Below the pieces are notes generated by a model. The model did not search any database, was not told the DNA's origin, and saw only the letters and a program-made list of their open reading frames with translations. The translations under genes and the position numbers were made by a program. A stretch of 64,000 bases of DNA from an uncultured Verrucomicrobiae bacterium. Its GTDB lineage: Bacteria > Verrucomicrobiota > Verrucomicrobiia > Chthoniobacterales > Terrimicrobiaceae. The DNA is taken from assembly GCA_963706955.1 (NCBI GenBank), contig CAVPOC010000001.1:1-64000 (forward strand), in the 5' to 3' direction. The first letter of the stretch is position 1. Every line of letters starts with the position of its first letter. Below, one piece after another: positions 50,878-62,578 of the stretch.

Positions 50878-51528
50878 ATGCGCGATGTCATTGACTCCGC
50901 CGCCGCCACCGAGCGAATTTCAGATGCGCTTCGACGGCTATTGCGCGAAGCCAATGGCCAGTCGTTAACCGTGCGCGAGATGGTCAGGATTCTCCATGGT
51001 CGCGGACTGCAGTTCGTCGTGATTCTCCTCTGTCTTCCCTTTCTGTTGCCAGTTTCGATTCCAGGAATTTCAATGCCCTTTGGACTGGCCATCGCCGTTT
51101 CCGGGCTTCGCATCGCCTTCGGACACCGACCTTGGCTCCCAGAATTTGTCTTGAGCCGGTCCATCTCCTATTCGGTGCTGGAGAGGATGGTCCATTTTGG
51201 GTGCACGATCTATGAGAAAGTGGAGAAGGTCATTCGACCGCGTCTCAACATCCTTCTCGATGGTCCGGGCATGGGAATGATGATCGGATTGGCGATCGCT
51301 CTTTCCGGAGTATTTCTCAGCCTGCCGATTCCACCGCCCTTTCCTTTGACCAATACCATTCCAGGCTTCGCCATTATTTGTCTTTCTCTCGGGCTGATGG
51401 AGAGAGATGGCGGGCTGATCCTGTGCGGGTACCTGCTCACCGTGATTGCGGCCGTCTATGTCGGGATGATCGGATTTCTTGGCAAGGCAGGCGTCGATCA
51501 ACTTTGGCAGATCTTTAGAGCCCCTTAA
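50878..51528 (+). CDS. Exopolysaccharide synthesis ExoD family protein
   Basis: LPFLLPVSIPG, PWLP, NTIPG, ERDG. Confidence 0.85.
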   Translation: MRDVIDSAAATERISDALRRLLREANGQSLTVREMVRILHGRGLQFVVILLCLPFLLPVSIPGISMPFGLAIAVSGLRIAFGHRPWLPEFVLSRSISYSVLERMVHFGCTIYEKVEKVIRPRLNILLDGPGMGMMIGLAIALSGVFLSLPIPPPFPLTNTIPGFAIICLSLGLMERDGGLILCGYLLTVIAAVYVGMIGFLGKAGVDQLWQIFRAP

Positions 51529-52157
51529 GCGTCTCGGTCGTCCAGTCGCATAGAAATCGACAGAGTTCGATTTTCGTCTCAAGGTGACGTGCTTTTTCGC
51601 TGCCGCGCGCCAGGAAGCCGAAGCCGACGCCGTAGGAAGTGCCATTGACGACGCAGGCATTGGTGTGCGCAGAGTCTACCTGCTCGAGAGCGCGGGCAAT
51701 GGCCTCTTCTCGCGAGCCCTCGAGCTCGTATTTCCACCCGACGATTATCGCTTGGGGAAACAACGGCTCTCAGGCGCGGAAGAAGCTTCTCGGCAGGGCG
51801 CAGGATGAGCCGCAATTCAGAAACGCTGCTTGGAATCTTTCTCTCGCGATCGCTCCCTTCGATTTCGTGCACCAGGAAATCACACAATGCCGCGGCGTGA
51901 AACACGGCTGCTGGCTGCATGGGAAGCCGTTCGAGCAATGCCAGCAGCGAGGCGTTCGTCGTGAAAGGCACCACGTTCACATCTTGGGGCTTCGGGTAAA
52001 CAGCCATTTCGCCGCGAAGACAAAGCACCTCAAAGTTGGCGCGCGCCAAGGTCTCGGATAGCAAAGATCCAAGTTCTCCGGTGGACTGGTTGGTGATTCG
52101 GCGAACCTTGTCGATTGGCTCGTAGGCTGGTCCGCAGGTCACAACAGCCAGTGGCAT
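51515..52157 (-). CDS. Phosphopantothenate-cysteine ligase-like (CoaB/DFP domain; frameshift near 51760)
   Basis: VVTCGPAYEPIDKVRRITNQSTG, HAAALCDF, VGWKYE. Confidence 0.8.
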
Positions 52158-52236
52158 TCGGGCAATTTTCACCGTGGCAATCTGATCCTCAACTCTCAAG
52201 TGACAGACTAAAGCCGCCATGATATTGAGATCAGGC

Positions 52237-53654
52237 ATGAAGATCCTTGTTGCCTCCAGCGAGTTGAGCCCTCTTGCCCGGACCGGTGGGCTAGCCGATG
52301 CAGTTGCTGAGCTTACGGCCGAGTTGTCCCGGTTAGGACACGAGGTCAGCGTCGTGATTCCCTATTACCGCAGCATTCGGGAGGGGAAAGTGGCTAAGAC
52401 GAAGAAGACGCGTGTCAAATTCAACGTTCAGGTTGGCAACGCGGGCATCCCCGTCGACGTTTTCGAGACTCAGACTCCGGAGGGTGTGCAGGTCTTCTTG
52501 ATTGCGCGAGACGAGTATTTTGATCGTTCCGGGTTCTATGGAGTTGATGGGCGCGACTATCAGGACAACGCCGCGCGTTTCATCTATTTCACAAAGGCCG
52601 CCATCGAGTTGGCCGGTCGCATGAACCCGTCTCCGGAAATTCTTCTGGCGAATGGCTGGCAGACGGCGCTCCTGCCGGTTTTCGTCGCGGAGCGGCGGCT
52701 TCCTTATCGGACCGTTCTCACTCCGCAGTCGCTTGCCTTTCAGGGCAATTTCTGGAGCTACGACTTTGCATTGACGAATTTGCCCGGCGATTATTTCTCG
52801 GCGCACGGCGTCGAATACTACGGGAGCATGAATTGCCTGAAAGGCGGAATTCTGTTCGCTAACGCGGTGGTCCTCCCCAGTGAGCGCTTATGTTTGGGAA
52901 GCCCAGACGCCCGAGCATGGTTATGGATTGGAAAATGTCCTCCGCGAGCATCAACACAAGCTCTATGGCATCCCATCGAGCGAACAAGTCAAAGACTGGA
53001 AACTGCCTGCTGGTGAAAGTTCCGATCGGCAGCGTTCGGCGCTTCTCGAAGCGGTCGGGCTTTCCGCCGATGAGCCGCGCGCGATCTTTGTTGCTTTCAG
53101 CCAGAGCTCCGAAGGTAAAGGTCTTGGAATATTGTTTCCCGCTCTAGACCGACTGCTTGCCGATAACGTGCGTTTGATTCTGCTGGACTTTGTGCCACCC
53201 GAGCACATCACGGCCCTCGAGATCGCCGAGCGCAAGCATCGCAAGCGCTTCGTGCATATCTCGCCGGCGGATGAGTCGCTTCAGCGTAAGGCGCTCGCGG
53301 GCGCCGATATTTTTCTCGTTCCTGGAGCAACCGAGCCCGAGGCGATCTGGCTGCGACGCGCTATGCTTTACGGAGCCATTCCGCTCGCCGCGCAATGCCC
53401 GGGATTATTTCAATTTGTTCGTGATTGGGAACAGAGTCGCGGCGAAGGAAACGGTTTTGTTTTCTCCGCACAAACTCCGACGGATTACTGGATGGCTGCC
53501 GCAAAGCACTCCGAGTCATGGATGATAAGGCAACGCGCGATTTGCTGCGGAAGCGATGCCTAAGTGCGGACTTTTCCTTGCAGGCGACCGCGCGCGCCCA
53601 TGTCGAGCTCTTTGAGCGTCTCCTCGGGGAAAGAAGGGCGCCCAGGCGGCTTGA
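52237..53654 (+). CDS. glgA: Glycogen synthase-like GT5 protein (frameshifts near 52885 and 53475; end approximate)
   Basis: SELSPLARTGGLAD, YQDNAARF, LKGGI, AGADIFLVP, GNGFVF. Confidence 0.75.
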
Positions 53655-53880
53655 TCCAAGAAGCTCGCGCGCTGAAAGGACTCCACTTCGGGACGGACAA
53701 CTCGCAGCCGCGTGGTGTTACCTTTCGGTCGCCCACTGACGCGCCATTATCTCGAGGACGAACAGCGCCACCATGTGGGTCTCTCCGCTGAAGACTCCTC
53801 AGGAACTGATCTCACATAGGCTCCTTTCAGCGAGGTTTGGCAACTAAGAGCAGCGAAATTCCCAACATCGATACAACCGG

Positions 53881-53980
53881 GCCGAGAATTCTCTGCTTCT
53901 TCTGGGGAGCTTCGTCTCGCGCTGATCTCTCGTTCGATTTTGAAGAGTTGATCGAGAAGCCATGAGACGCCCTTCGCTTC
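53881..53980 (-). mobile_element. Possible IS66-family transposase (TnpC) remnant
   Basis: WLLDQLFKIEREISARRSSPEE resembles the I..LY.IE.E....SPEER region of IS66 TnpC; short match only. Confidence 0.35.
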
Positions 53981-54297
53981 GCTCAAGCGATCCACTACCA
54001 GAAACGACCAAAGCGCGCCCAATGTGGCGAGTAGAAATCCACTGATCAGACTGATCGACTTGGCGCGATGAGAAAGGAAGGGAACATTTGTTCGTGTCTT
54101 CAAAGTTAAATGAAGGCACGCCTACCAGGCCACGCGGCCTCGGCGAGAACCAGGCTCCGTCGCAGTGCTTCGCAGCGCGATCAGCACCCGCGCCAGTCGT
54201 TCCCTTTGACTGTGACTATTTTTAAAGACCTCCGCGGTGAGAGCTCTTAGATGTCGGAGATCAGAGTCGAACCGCAGAGTTTTTCGACCGAAGGCGG

Positions 54298-54735
54298 TCA
54301 GTCAATCGGGACGCTCGCAAATGCCGCCTCGGAGCGAATGACCTCGAAATAACCAGCATTGGTATTTCGACATATAAATTTCCAGAATCGGACTTTGTTG
54401 CGCAGGACCTCCGTGATGGTCCCGGCGAGTTTTTGGTTCGCGCGTTGCTTTAGGACAAACGGCTCGGCTTTGTTCACCGGTCGATCTACCCAAGCCGCTG
54501 AGCCGACCGGCATACGCATGTAGGTGCGGGGATCGCCAGCGGCAACGGGAGATTTGCGGAATTGCAGGGTGAAAGTGTTGCTCGCAAACGCAGGGGTCAG
54601 GCCGGGACCTCCCCGAACGATCAGGGGATAATAGCCAGGAGGATCGGCGGCGGCAGCCCTCGGCCAGGCGAATAACAGAACCGCTGCCGACAGGCTGAGA
54701 CTAACGAGTTTGGTAATGTGTCTGAGAGTTCTCAT
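54298..54735 (-). CDS. Secreted hypothetical protein
   Basis: Signal peptide ending AAA|AD, intact ORF. Confidence 0.65.
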   Translation of the reverse strand: MRTLRHITKLVSLSLSAAVLLFAWPRAAAADPPGYYPLIVRGGPGLTPAFASNTFTLQFRKSPVAAGDPRTYMRMPVGSAAWVDRPVNKAEPFVLKQRANQKLAGTITEVLRNKVRFWKFICRNTNAGYFEVIRSEAAFASVPID

Positions 54736-55411
54736 TGAATAGTGCTCAAATGTGGGCAGCCGAACCTGCAAGGACGCCGTTCTGACCGAGGTGGCCTTGG
54801 AGGAACCATAGATTCACCATTTTGGTCATAACGCTTATCAAAGATGAGGGATTTACTCCGACTCCCCATTAGCATCCCCTCGGCTGTTAGGTTTGCTAAA
54901 ATCTGGCTTCCTCTGCAAGCCATTTTTCCACTAGACAATATTCGGGCTGGTTCGGCAGGATCGACAAATCCTATCTCGTCAAAAACAGCGACTTAGTATA
55001 GCCGGTAAGTTTGCCATCTGAAGTCGCTGGCTCACTGGTGATGGCTAATGTCCCGTTTTCGAATTAAGATTGCCATAAGCTTCGGCGAGGTCATTGAGTT
55101 TCATGGAGGAGGAGTCTTCGTCTTTGCAGCGGTTCGAACGGTGACTAGCTCGGTTGTAAGATCGAGGCTCACACTCATTGCTAGGGGGAGCGATGCACAC
55201 GCCCAGCCAGCTATTTTAATGTCAGCTGCAAGCGACTCTAGAAAGGTCCCAACTGTTCGTCCGGTTGGTGCCGAGCATTCCGATTCCTCTTCAGCCGCCC
55301 GGACGCCAGGAAAGATGCAAGCTCACGGAACCGCGGCCCCCACACCGAATAACATTGCGGCAAAGTTGCTCTGTAGAGTCTAACTTCCTCAAAAACCTAA
55401 CTCTCAACAAC

Positions 55412-55900
55412 ATGATGGAGTCATTTCAAACTGTTTCCGACATTCTCCTGCGCCTGATGGCTGCTGGATTCATTGGTGGCCTGATTGGCTTCGAACGCCG
55501 CGCACACCATAAAGCAATTGGCGTCGCGGGCATGGTGCTCATTGCGATCGGGAGCACCACGTTCATGCTGCTGGCCAAGCACCTCTCGCTGACCGATCCG
55601 GCGTCGATCAGCCGAACTCTTCAGGGCCTTCTTTCAGGAATCGGTTTCCTTGGTGGTGCAGTCATCTTCAAGAGTGGACACGATGTCAGAGGCGTTAAGG
55701 CGGCCGCAGCCGTTTGGATTACCGGTGCTATCGGCCTCGCGATCGGAACCTCTTACTGGTGGCTTGGCATCACCGTCGGTGCCGTCACCTTCGTGGTTAT
55801 GTTCGTGGCGGACAGCTTCCCCGATCGGGAGCGTGAAGAGAAATTGGAGGGTAATGGGGGCAAAGCCGACGATTCCGGGCCGTTTGGAAAAACGAAGTAA
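55412..55900 (+). CDS. MgtC/SapB family membrane protein
   Basis: GGLIGFER, SGIGFLGGAVI, AAAVWITGAIG. Confidence 0.88.
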   Translation: MMESFQTVSDILLRLMAAGFIGGLIGFERRAHHKAIGVAGMVLIAIGSTTFMLLAKHLSLTDPASISRTLQGLLSGIGFLGGAVIFKSGHDVRGVKAAAAVWITGAIGLAIGTSYWWLGITVGAVTFVVMFVADSFPDREREEKLEGNGGKADDSGPFGKTK

Positions 55901-56026
55901 GCTGCGCTTCTACGAGCGTCAATTCCGTCGCCAGGCAGGGATAGAGCAAGATCGTTTCTGTGATCTCTTGGTTCGAGTTGCGGTAAACTTCAATCATCGG
56001 TGGCACACGGCAGCGTGTTTACCGCC

Positions 56027-56496
56027 TCAGAGTGCAGCATGGACTGCTTCATACCTTGTGCGATGTCTCTTCTTTAGCTCCAAGTATCCTTGATCTTTTC
56101 TCGCCTGGCGCCACTTCTCGTAGAAGTGCTTTGCTGATTCTGCCTTCAATTTGTCTTCTTCTCGAGGCAGGAGCTCCCTGGTCAGTTTCGCGTATTTGCG
56201 CCCGGTTCTGATGATTGGCATACCTGCGCGCCCTCGAGTAGCCCATTTGCAGGAACTTTCGAGCCATGTCCATGCCAACAAAGTTCTCCTGGGCTTTGTA
56301 TTGCGAGAAACATTTTGTAAATCTTGTTCGCAGACACGCGAGCCATGTTCGGCGTCTTAAATCTCCAGTGAGGTAGAATTTCGCTTTTATAAGGTTCGAC
56401 GAGCAGGACACCCTGCTCCCCCTTGCCGACGCGGTAAAGTTCGGGGTGTTTTCTGAAGTCGATGCGGTTGAAATCGAGCGAGTAGTCAAAGGTCAT
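56027..56496 (-). CDS. DUF4385 family protein (frameshifted)
   Basis: PELYRVGKGEQGVLLVEPYKSEILPHWRFKT; FVGMDMARKFLQMGYSRARRYANH. Confidence 0.8.
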
Positions 56497-56569
56497 AGCA
56501 ACAATTGCGATGAGCGAACGCTTGGTCTCTTATGCCTGTTTCCTAGTTAAATTCGGACAAAGTTATTCG

Positions 56570-56895
56570 TCAAACGCTTCGCGGCGGCTGAGTTGCTTTC
56601 TGCCAGACGAGAGTGGCGGGCAAAATCTCTGGAGGCTTGGCGACTACCTCGGAGACCGCCTTTAGGTATTCTGAATACCAAGCGCCTGCGAGAAACTTAT
56701 CCATTGCCGCTTGATCCTGATAGAGCTGAAAGACAACAAGAGTGTCAGGATCCTTGATGTCATAACAGAAGAAATATTCAAGATGCCCTGGATTGGCAGC
56801 CGCTCGGGGCTTGACATAGTGCTCCCAAATCTCACGCATGGCATCACGCGGCCTGGCTTTGCTTTGTGGCGGATAAAAAGTGCAATTGGGTTCAT
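56570..56895 (-). CDS. Antibiotic biosynthesis monooxygenase (ABM) family protein (frameshift near 56850)
   Basis: ALFIRHKAKPG..VWE..VKP..NPGHLEYFFCYD. Confidence 0.7.
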
Positions 56896-57150
56896 ATGGC
56901 TATTACATGTGGTTCGATCGATCCGTCGACGCGAAGTAGGCGGAAGCGTATGAATTCGCCATTGCGGGGCGATGCAGATTCACGGTTTGCTCGGCTATCC
57001 GGCTGCGCGAAGATGATTTGTCATCACGGCCTACGTGTGCGGATTGCAGGCGGAGATTTCTTGGATCAGTTGCAAGACGCGCAGCTCTCTTACTTGGGGG
57101 TATTCTTCTCTCTCCAAGCAGCTTGCTGGGATAATACCTGTCTAAAGTGA

Positions 57151-58536
57151 ATGTTGCCTAAAATTATCACCCCCATCCCCGGTCCGCGATCCCGCGCCTT
57201 GGCGGAAAGCTGTCGCGTTTCGAAGCCAGAGAGGTGACCTGGCTGGCGGAGGATTTTCCGGTCTTCTGGGAACGGGCCGAAGGAGTGAACGTCTGGGACG
57301 TTGATGGAAATCGCTACTTGGATTTCACGTCGGCATTCGGCGGTGACCGGGCTTGGTCACAGCGCCGAACCGCTCCGTCTGGCCCTGGCAACCCAGGCAA
57401 GGAAACTTTGGCATGCGATGGGGGACGTGCATCCGGCTGCCCTTAAGGCCGAGCTCTGCGAGCAGTTAAGCCGGATCACTTTTGAGAGATGGGGGATGGG
57501 AACTGGCAAGACGATCCTCTGCAACTCCGGGTCGGAGGCGGTGGAAGCTGCCTTAAAAACGGCGCTGCTTTACAGTGGTCGAGCGGGTGTGATCTCATTC
57601 CACGGCGGTTTTCACGGGCTCGGTCTCGGGGCACTTGAGGTCATCGGAATCTCGGCATTCCGGGAGCCTTTTCAGAGCCAACTCGGACGGTTTGCGGTTC
57701 AGCTACCTTACCCAAATTGTTTTCGATGTCCCTTTGGCAGGTGTGAGGGATTTCGGCTTGAAGGAAACCCCTTTCCCAACTGTTCAACCAGTTGTCTTGA
57801 GGAGCTTCAGAAGCAGATTAAGGCGGCGATCCGTCAGCGAGAGATTGGCTCGATCATCGTCGAGCCGATTCAAGGGCGGGGGGGCGACATCGTCCCACCC
57901 CGCGACTTTCTCAGAATGCTAAGACATATCTGCAATGAGGAGAAATTGCTCCTCATCGTGGACGAAATTTACACGGGGTTGAATCGAACGGGAAAGCTCT
58001 TCGCTTGCGATCAGTTTGATATCGCGCCCGATATCATCTGCTTAGCAAAGGCCCTGAGTGGGGGCTTCCCAATGTCTGCTTGTATCGGCCGGGCGGATAT
58101 CATGGATGCCTGGCCGCAATCAAGCGGCGAAGCCTTGCATACCAGCACGACGCTTGGAAATCCTCTCGGCTGCGCCATGAGCCTCGCGTCAATTGACGAG
58201 CACCTCAAAGAGGAGACGCGACAGCTCGCTCGAAGAGCCGGGCAGATGCTGCGACGCTCGCTGCTCGCTCTGAACTCGCCCTGGATTGGCCACGTTCGCG
58301 GCGTCGGAGCAATGCTCGGCCTCGAACTCGTGAAGCGGGACGGTTCGCCTTATGGCGCGCTGGCGACGGCGATCATGCGACGAGGATTACAGGACGGTCT
58401 GATCCTGTTGGGGGGTGGACCAACCGGCGCGGTGCTTTCCTTCGCACCTCCGTTTATCATCTCCGAGTCGGAAATTGAGTTCCTGGCGACAAAGCTCGCC
58501 GACTACCTCGCCTTTCTGCCCGGCTCCATTTCGTAG
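57151..58536 (+). CDS. Class III PLP aminotransferase (GabT-like; frameshifts near the 5' end)
   Basis: [54 protein letters not shown]. Confidence 0.88.
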
Positions 58537-58814
58537 TCGAGGGCAAGCCGCGCGGTAATGTTCGGCTTGATGACTTCTTCGACGAACTTCACGTGGTTCG
58601 GATCTTCCAAGTAGAGCGGCAACTTCTCCATCGAGTCGAGTTCGACGGCGAGAAAGAACGGCCACTCGGCTTGGGGGTCTATGCGCTTGCCACAACGAAT
58701 GCTCAGAACTTCGGGGATCTTTAGGAGTTGGATGCGCGTCTCCCGCATCATCCATTCGATCTTCTCCTGATCCACGTCCGGGTTAACTTTGAAAAGGACC
58801 AGATGATGGATCAT
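58503..58814 (-). CDS. Dabb (stress-responsive A/B barrel) family protein
   Basis: MIHHLVLFK...Y..DPNH..F...LALDYE. Confidence 0.82.
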   Translation of the reverse strand: MIHHLVLFKVNPDVDQEKIEWMMRETRIQLLKIPEVLSIRCGKRIDPQAEWPFFLAVELDSMEKLPLYLEDPNHVKFVEEVIKPNITARLALDYEMEPGRKAR

Positions 58815-58824
58815 GCCCTGTTTT

Positions 58825-59197
58825 TCAGCTCCAGTCTAAGCCACCTTTCTTGATCGCGTAAAGATACCCGAAGAGAAGAATCACGATAAAGCTCAACATG
58901 CTCCAAAAGATCACCGGTCCGAATTGAGCAACAAAGGTCTGGAACGCGACCGCCCAGGGATACATGAAGACAATCTCGATGTCGAAAAGGATGAACAGCA
59001 TCGCCACAAGGTAAAACTTGATGCTGAAGCGCGGCTGGGGGCCGGGCTCCGGCACGGCGCCGCATTCATAAGCTGTGTCTTTGGTCGCCGTGCGGGTCCC
59101 CGCGCGACCGAGGAAGAAGGTTGGCGAGCAGGGTGACGGTAGCAAAACCAATCGCCACAAGCACGTGAAGCAGAACCGGAACGTAGTCTTGAAGCAT
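58825..59197 (-). CDS. nuoA: NADH-quinone oxidoreductase subunit A (frameshift near 59120)
   Basis: YECG, FSIKFYLVAMLFILFDIEIVFMYPWA, KKGGLDW. Confidence 0.92.
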
Positions 59198-59244
59198 TGG
59201 TGGAGAGTTTTAGCAGCAGATCCCGGCGGTTCGCAAATTGAAAA

Positions 59245-61138
59245 TCATTGCGCACGCGGATAGGCGGCGATCGTGCCCGGCTTGTATCGCCTCACGAAAG
59301 CGGTAAGCGTTGGATCGAAACCTTGAATGCTCGCAATCTTTTCGAACAAGCGATCGTCCTCAATCATGGCATAGAGGGCCGGGCTGCTAGCGGAGGCTGT
59401 CCACGCATTAGCAAAGTTGACGTAGAGGGTTTTGCCGTTTCTATCGGCCTCCTCGAGGTTGCGAATGAGTTGTTCGACATTGGAAATGACGATGATGTTC
59501 GGATCGTACGGACCACGGAACTCCGGTCAGGGAAACCGTCATGATGGATTGTTGCCGAGGATCGTAGGGATCGAGAACCGGACGGGTCAGGAGGACAGAC
59601 TCTCTCATTGGCTGCAGCGAGTGGCTGACAAGCCACTGGCGCTGCGGCTGGGTGGCACCAAAGAAGGCAATCACGACCAGCCCTGCCATGAGCGGCGGAG
59701 CATAACGATTCACGCGGCGTGCGGCCTCAGCGACCCAGTCCAAGCCGACAGCGAAGAAAGCCACGAAGCCCGAGAGGCTGAAAAACAAATACCATTCGTA
59801 GAGATAGTGGTTTCTGGCGCGCGAAATCAAATAGACCATTGGACCAGGCAGCAGGAGCACGAGGAGAACGATCCATCCTGCCGGGTGCCGAAACCCGATC
59901 CGCACCGCTCCGGCGACGAGGAAGGCGACCGCCGTGGCCAGCATCAAAGGGAACAGGATAGGGTGCGCGTCCGCGGTCCATTGAAGTTCCTGATAGCCGG
60001 CCTGAGGAAGGTCCGAGTTGTTCCAGGGGATGCCGGCGAGCAGATGGGCACCCATGTTTCGATGCCAGCGCAAACCGAGCTCTCCAAGAGCGCGCTCCGT
60101 TTTAAAGTAGTCCAGGAGCTGGGGAATGCACGGAAGCATCAGCTGGAGGTAAACCATGAGGGCGACAGCGCTCGCCACAATCAGTCGTGGGAAATAACGG
60201 ACACGTTCGTCGGCAGTTGGATGCCGCAGGAGCAGCGCAATCGCGCCGCAGAGATTCGCGATCACGACCATATAAAGGCAACCAGGATAGGCGTAGAGCA
60301 GGGCGAACTCCGACGCGGCAAATCCAGCCCACCACCTCCAGCGCGACGAGTCGATTGCCTGAATCAGGCAATAGATCATCAAAGGTCCAAAGAGCAGGGT
60401 AAAGATGTATCCGCGGAGCTCAATCGCATAGCGGACATGCCAGGGATGAATCGCAAGAACAAACGCCGCGAGCACGCCTGCTCTGGCGAAGCCCAGACGT
60501 TTAAGGAGCAGGGCGATTGAACCGATCGACAAGATCCCTGCGACCAGACATGGAAAGCGGACGACTGGTTCGGTGAATTGAAGTCCTGTCGGTCGGGCGA
60601 TCGCGCGCCACGTCTGCAGGCTTGCCTTTGAGAGAATCGTTTGCAGTTGGTGATTGGCTGGCTTCCAATAATTCCAGAGCGCAACTTTCCAGGTTGTTTC
60701 CTTGAGTTTGAGATCGCCGCTCTCGTCGCGCCTGTATTGGCCGAGCACGGCGCGATGCAGGCTGGAATCTTCGTCATCCCAGAGGCTTTGCGGAAGGCGT
60801 TGAATTCCCCAGAATGTGGTTAATGCCATCGCGGCAATAACGAGCGGCCAGAACCATCTGGGCGTCTCCACCTCGGGCAGCCATCGTGTTTGCGGAGGGC
60901 GAGCAGATCTAAGCCACCATCGCGCGGTCGCTCCGAGAAGAGCGACAAGCACAAGATTTATGGCTGCGGCCCACCATTCATAGATTGCGACAAAGTGGTG
61001 AATCTTGAGCGGTTTGCCAGCCGGCAGCTCAACCGTCCAAGGCTTGTCCGCGATCAGCAGGAATACGAGGATCCCAACCGCAACGACACCGCAGAGCAAT
61101 GCAGCCCAGGTGGCTGGGGAGAGTCGAGCGGCTTTCAA
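59245..61138 (-). CDS. Multi-TM GT-C fold glycosyltransferase-like protein (frameshift near 59515)
   Basis: SLWDDE, NHQL, EPVVRFP, AIHPWHVRYAIELRGY. Confidence 0.75.
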
Positions 61139-61156
61139 AAGGCGTAGGAAATTTTT

Positions 61157-62578
61157 TCAAACCGCGTGTCTTGCAAGAGCCCGACAACTCTGGAGAGCAG
61201 CAAAATGCCAATGGCCAGGTGGCCGGCGAGGTAGAGCACGATTGGCAAGACGGGAGTCCGAGACCACGCGCAGTTGCTCGCCTCCTTGGACCACCATCCA
61301 AAGCAGCGGCATATACAACGTCATGATGAAGCGGTGGCCCGGGCCCGTTGGCAGGTACCATCCGGTGGCCATCACGTAAACAACGAAGGTGGTCAAGCCC
61401 AGAAGGACCGGCAAGGTGATGGGTCCAAGCTTCTCAAGCCGTCCTTGAGAAGCTGCCACGCCGCACATGGCCAGGGCGAGCGCTCCCAAGCCGATCAAGT
61501 AAAGCCCGCGATGGGGCAAGACGATGCGCTTGGGCTTGTCTTTGCGCTCGACCGAGAGCCGCCATTTGGCTTCCGGATGAAAGAGCTGAACCAGCCGGAC
61601 TACGGCGCCATTCCTGAGACGAACCAGGGCGTCGCCCAAATCATGACGATGGAAGTAGCCTCGCATGGTGGGTTGTTCTTCGATTGGCAGCGTCGCCAGA
61701 CGGACCTTGCGGCAGTCGGCATACTTATTTACGCACGTCTCCCAATCATCTGCCCAAAACCAAAAGCTTGGCAGATTGTAGAACGCGCTTCCCCACGTCT
61801 TGTGCGCATGGATGAGGCGTGGAGAGATGATCGCAAAGTATGCAGCCAAGCAGATGAGAAGTCCGCTCACCAAGCGACGAGGACGCCAGCTCGGAGCTCG
61901 AAGATGCCAGGGAAGCTTGTCTCCAAGACTGAGACTGAGGAGCCAACGGACGATGCTGAAGCCAACAAACAAGACGAGAAATGGCGTTGTCGAGGACTTC
62001 GCCAGCCAAGCCAGGGCCGTAATTATGCCGAGGAGCAAATAGAGGTGCAGCGGATTCTCGTTCAGGAGGCGCATCGCGCAGGCGCAGACAAACAAAAAGA
62101 GCACGAGAAAGATCGGCTCGGCACCGAAGAAGGTGGAAATCGGCAGAAGGGCCGCCAGTGAGCACAGCGCGGTCGCATTGAAAGCCGCCAGCGGCCCAAC
62201 ACGGCAGGCGAAAAAGACCGAGACAGCCGCCGTCGCGAAAATCCCAAGCACCACATTCAACCGCTTTCCTTTTTCGAAGAATTCGGCGTCGCTCGAATTG
62301 AGGAATGTCGCGGCGATCCAAGGAAAAAGCGGGTTGCGTGTGCCGTCCGAATACCACGGATACCACGAGCCTTCCATCGTCTTCGACATCCCCACATAGG
62401 CGCTTTGATCAAAGGGATCGATCTCGTGGTTTGTCTGCGCCGTAATTCTCAGGCCGATGACGGCAAGCGATCCACAAAGAAAAAGGACCGCCACTGCATA
62501 ACCGACGATGGATGCGGGCCTCCATGGACCGAGCAACCACGGCGAAATGCGATCAATCAGCCGAAGCAAATTGGTCAC
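61157..62578 (-). CDS. Multi-TM membrane protein, GT-C-like
   Basis: DQSAY, RNPLFP, AEP, LAWLAK, HRF; many TMs. Confidence 0.65.
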   Translation of the reverse strand: MTNLLRLIDRISPWLLGPWRPASIVGYAVAVLFLCGSLAVIGLRITAQTNHEIDPFDQSAYVGMSKTMEGSWYPWYSDGTRNPLFPWIAATFLNSSDAEFFEKGKRLNVVLGIFATAAVSVFFACRVGPLAAFNATALCSLAALLPISTFFGAEPIFLVLFLFVCACAMRLLNENPLHLYLLLGIITALAWLAKSSTTPFLVLFVGFSIVRWLLSLSLGDKLPWHLRAPSWRPRRLVSGLLICLAAYFAIISPRLIHAHKTWGSAFYNLPSFWFWADDWETCVNKYADCRKVRLATLPIEEQPTMRGYFHRHDLGDALVRLRNGAVVRLVQLFHPEAKWRLSVERKDKPKRIVLPHRGLYLIGLGALALAMCGVAASQGRLEKLGPITLPVLLGLTTFVVYVMATGWYLPTGPGHRFIMTLYMPLLWMVVQGGEQLRVVSDSRLANRALPRRPPGHWHFAALQSCRALARHAV

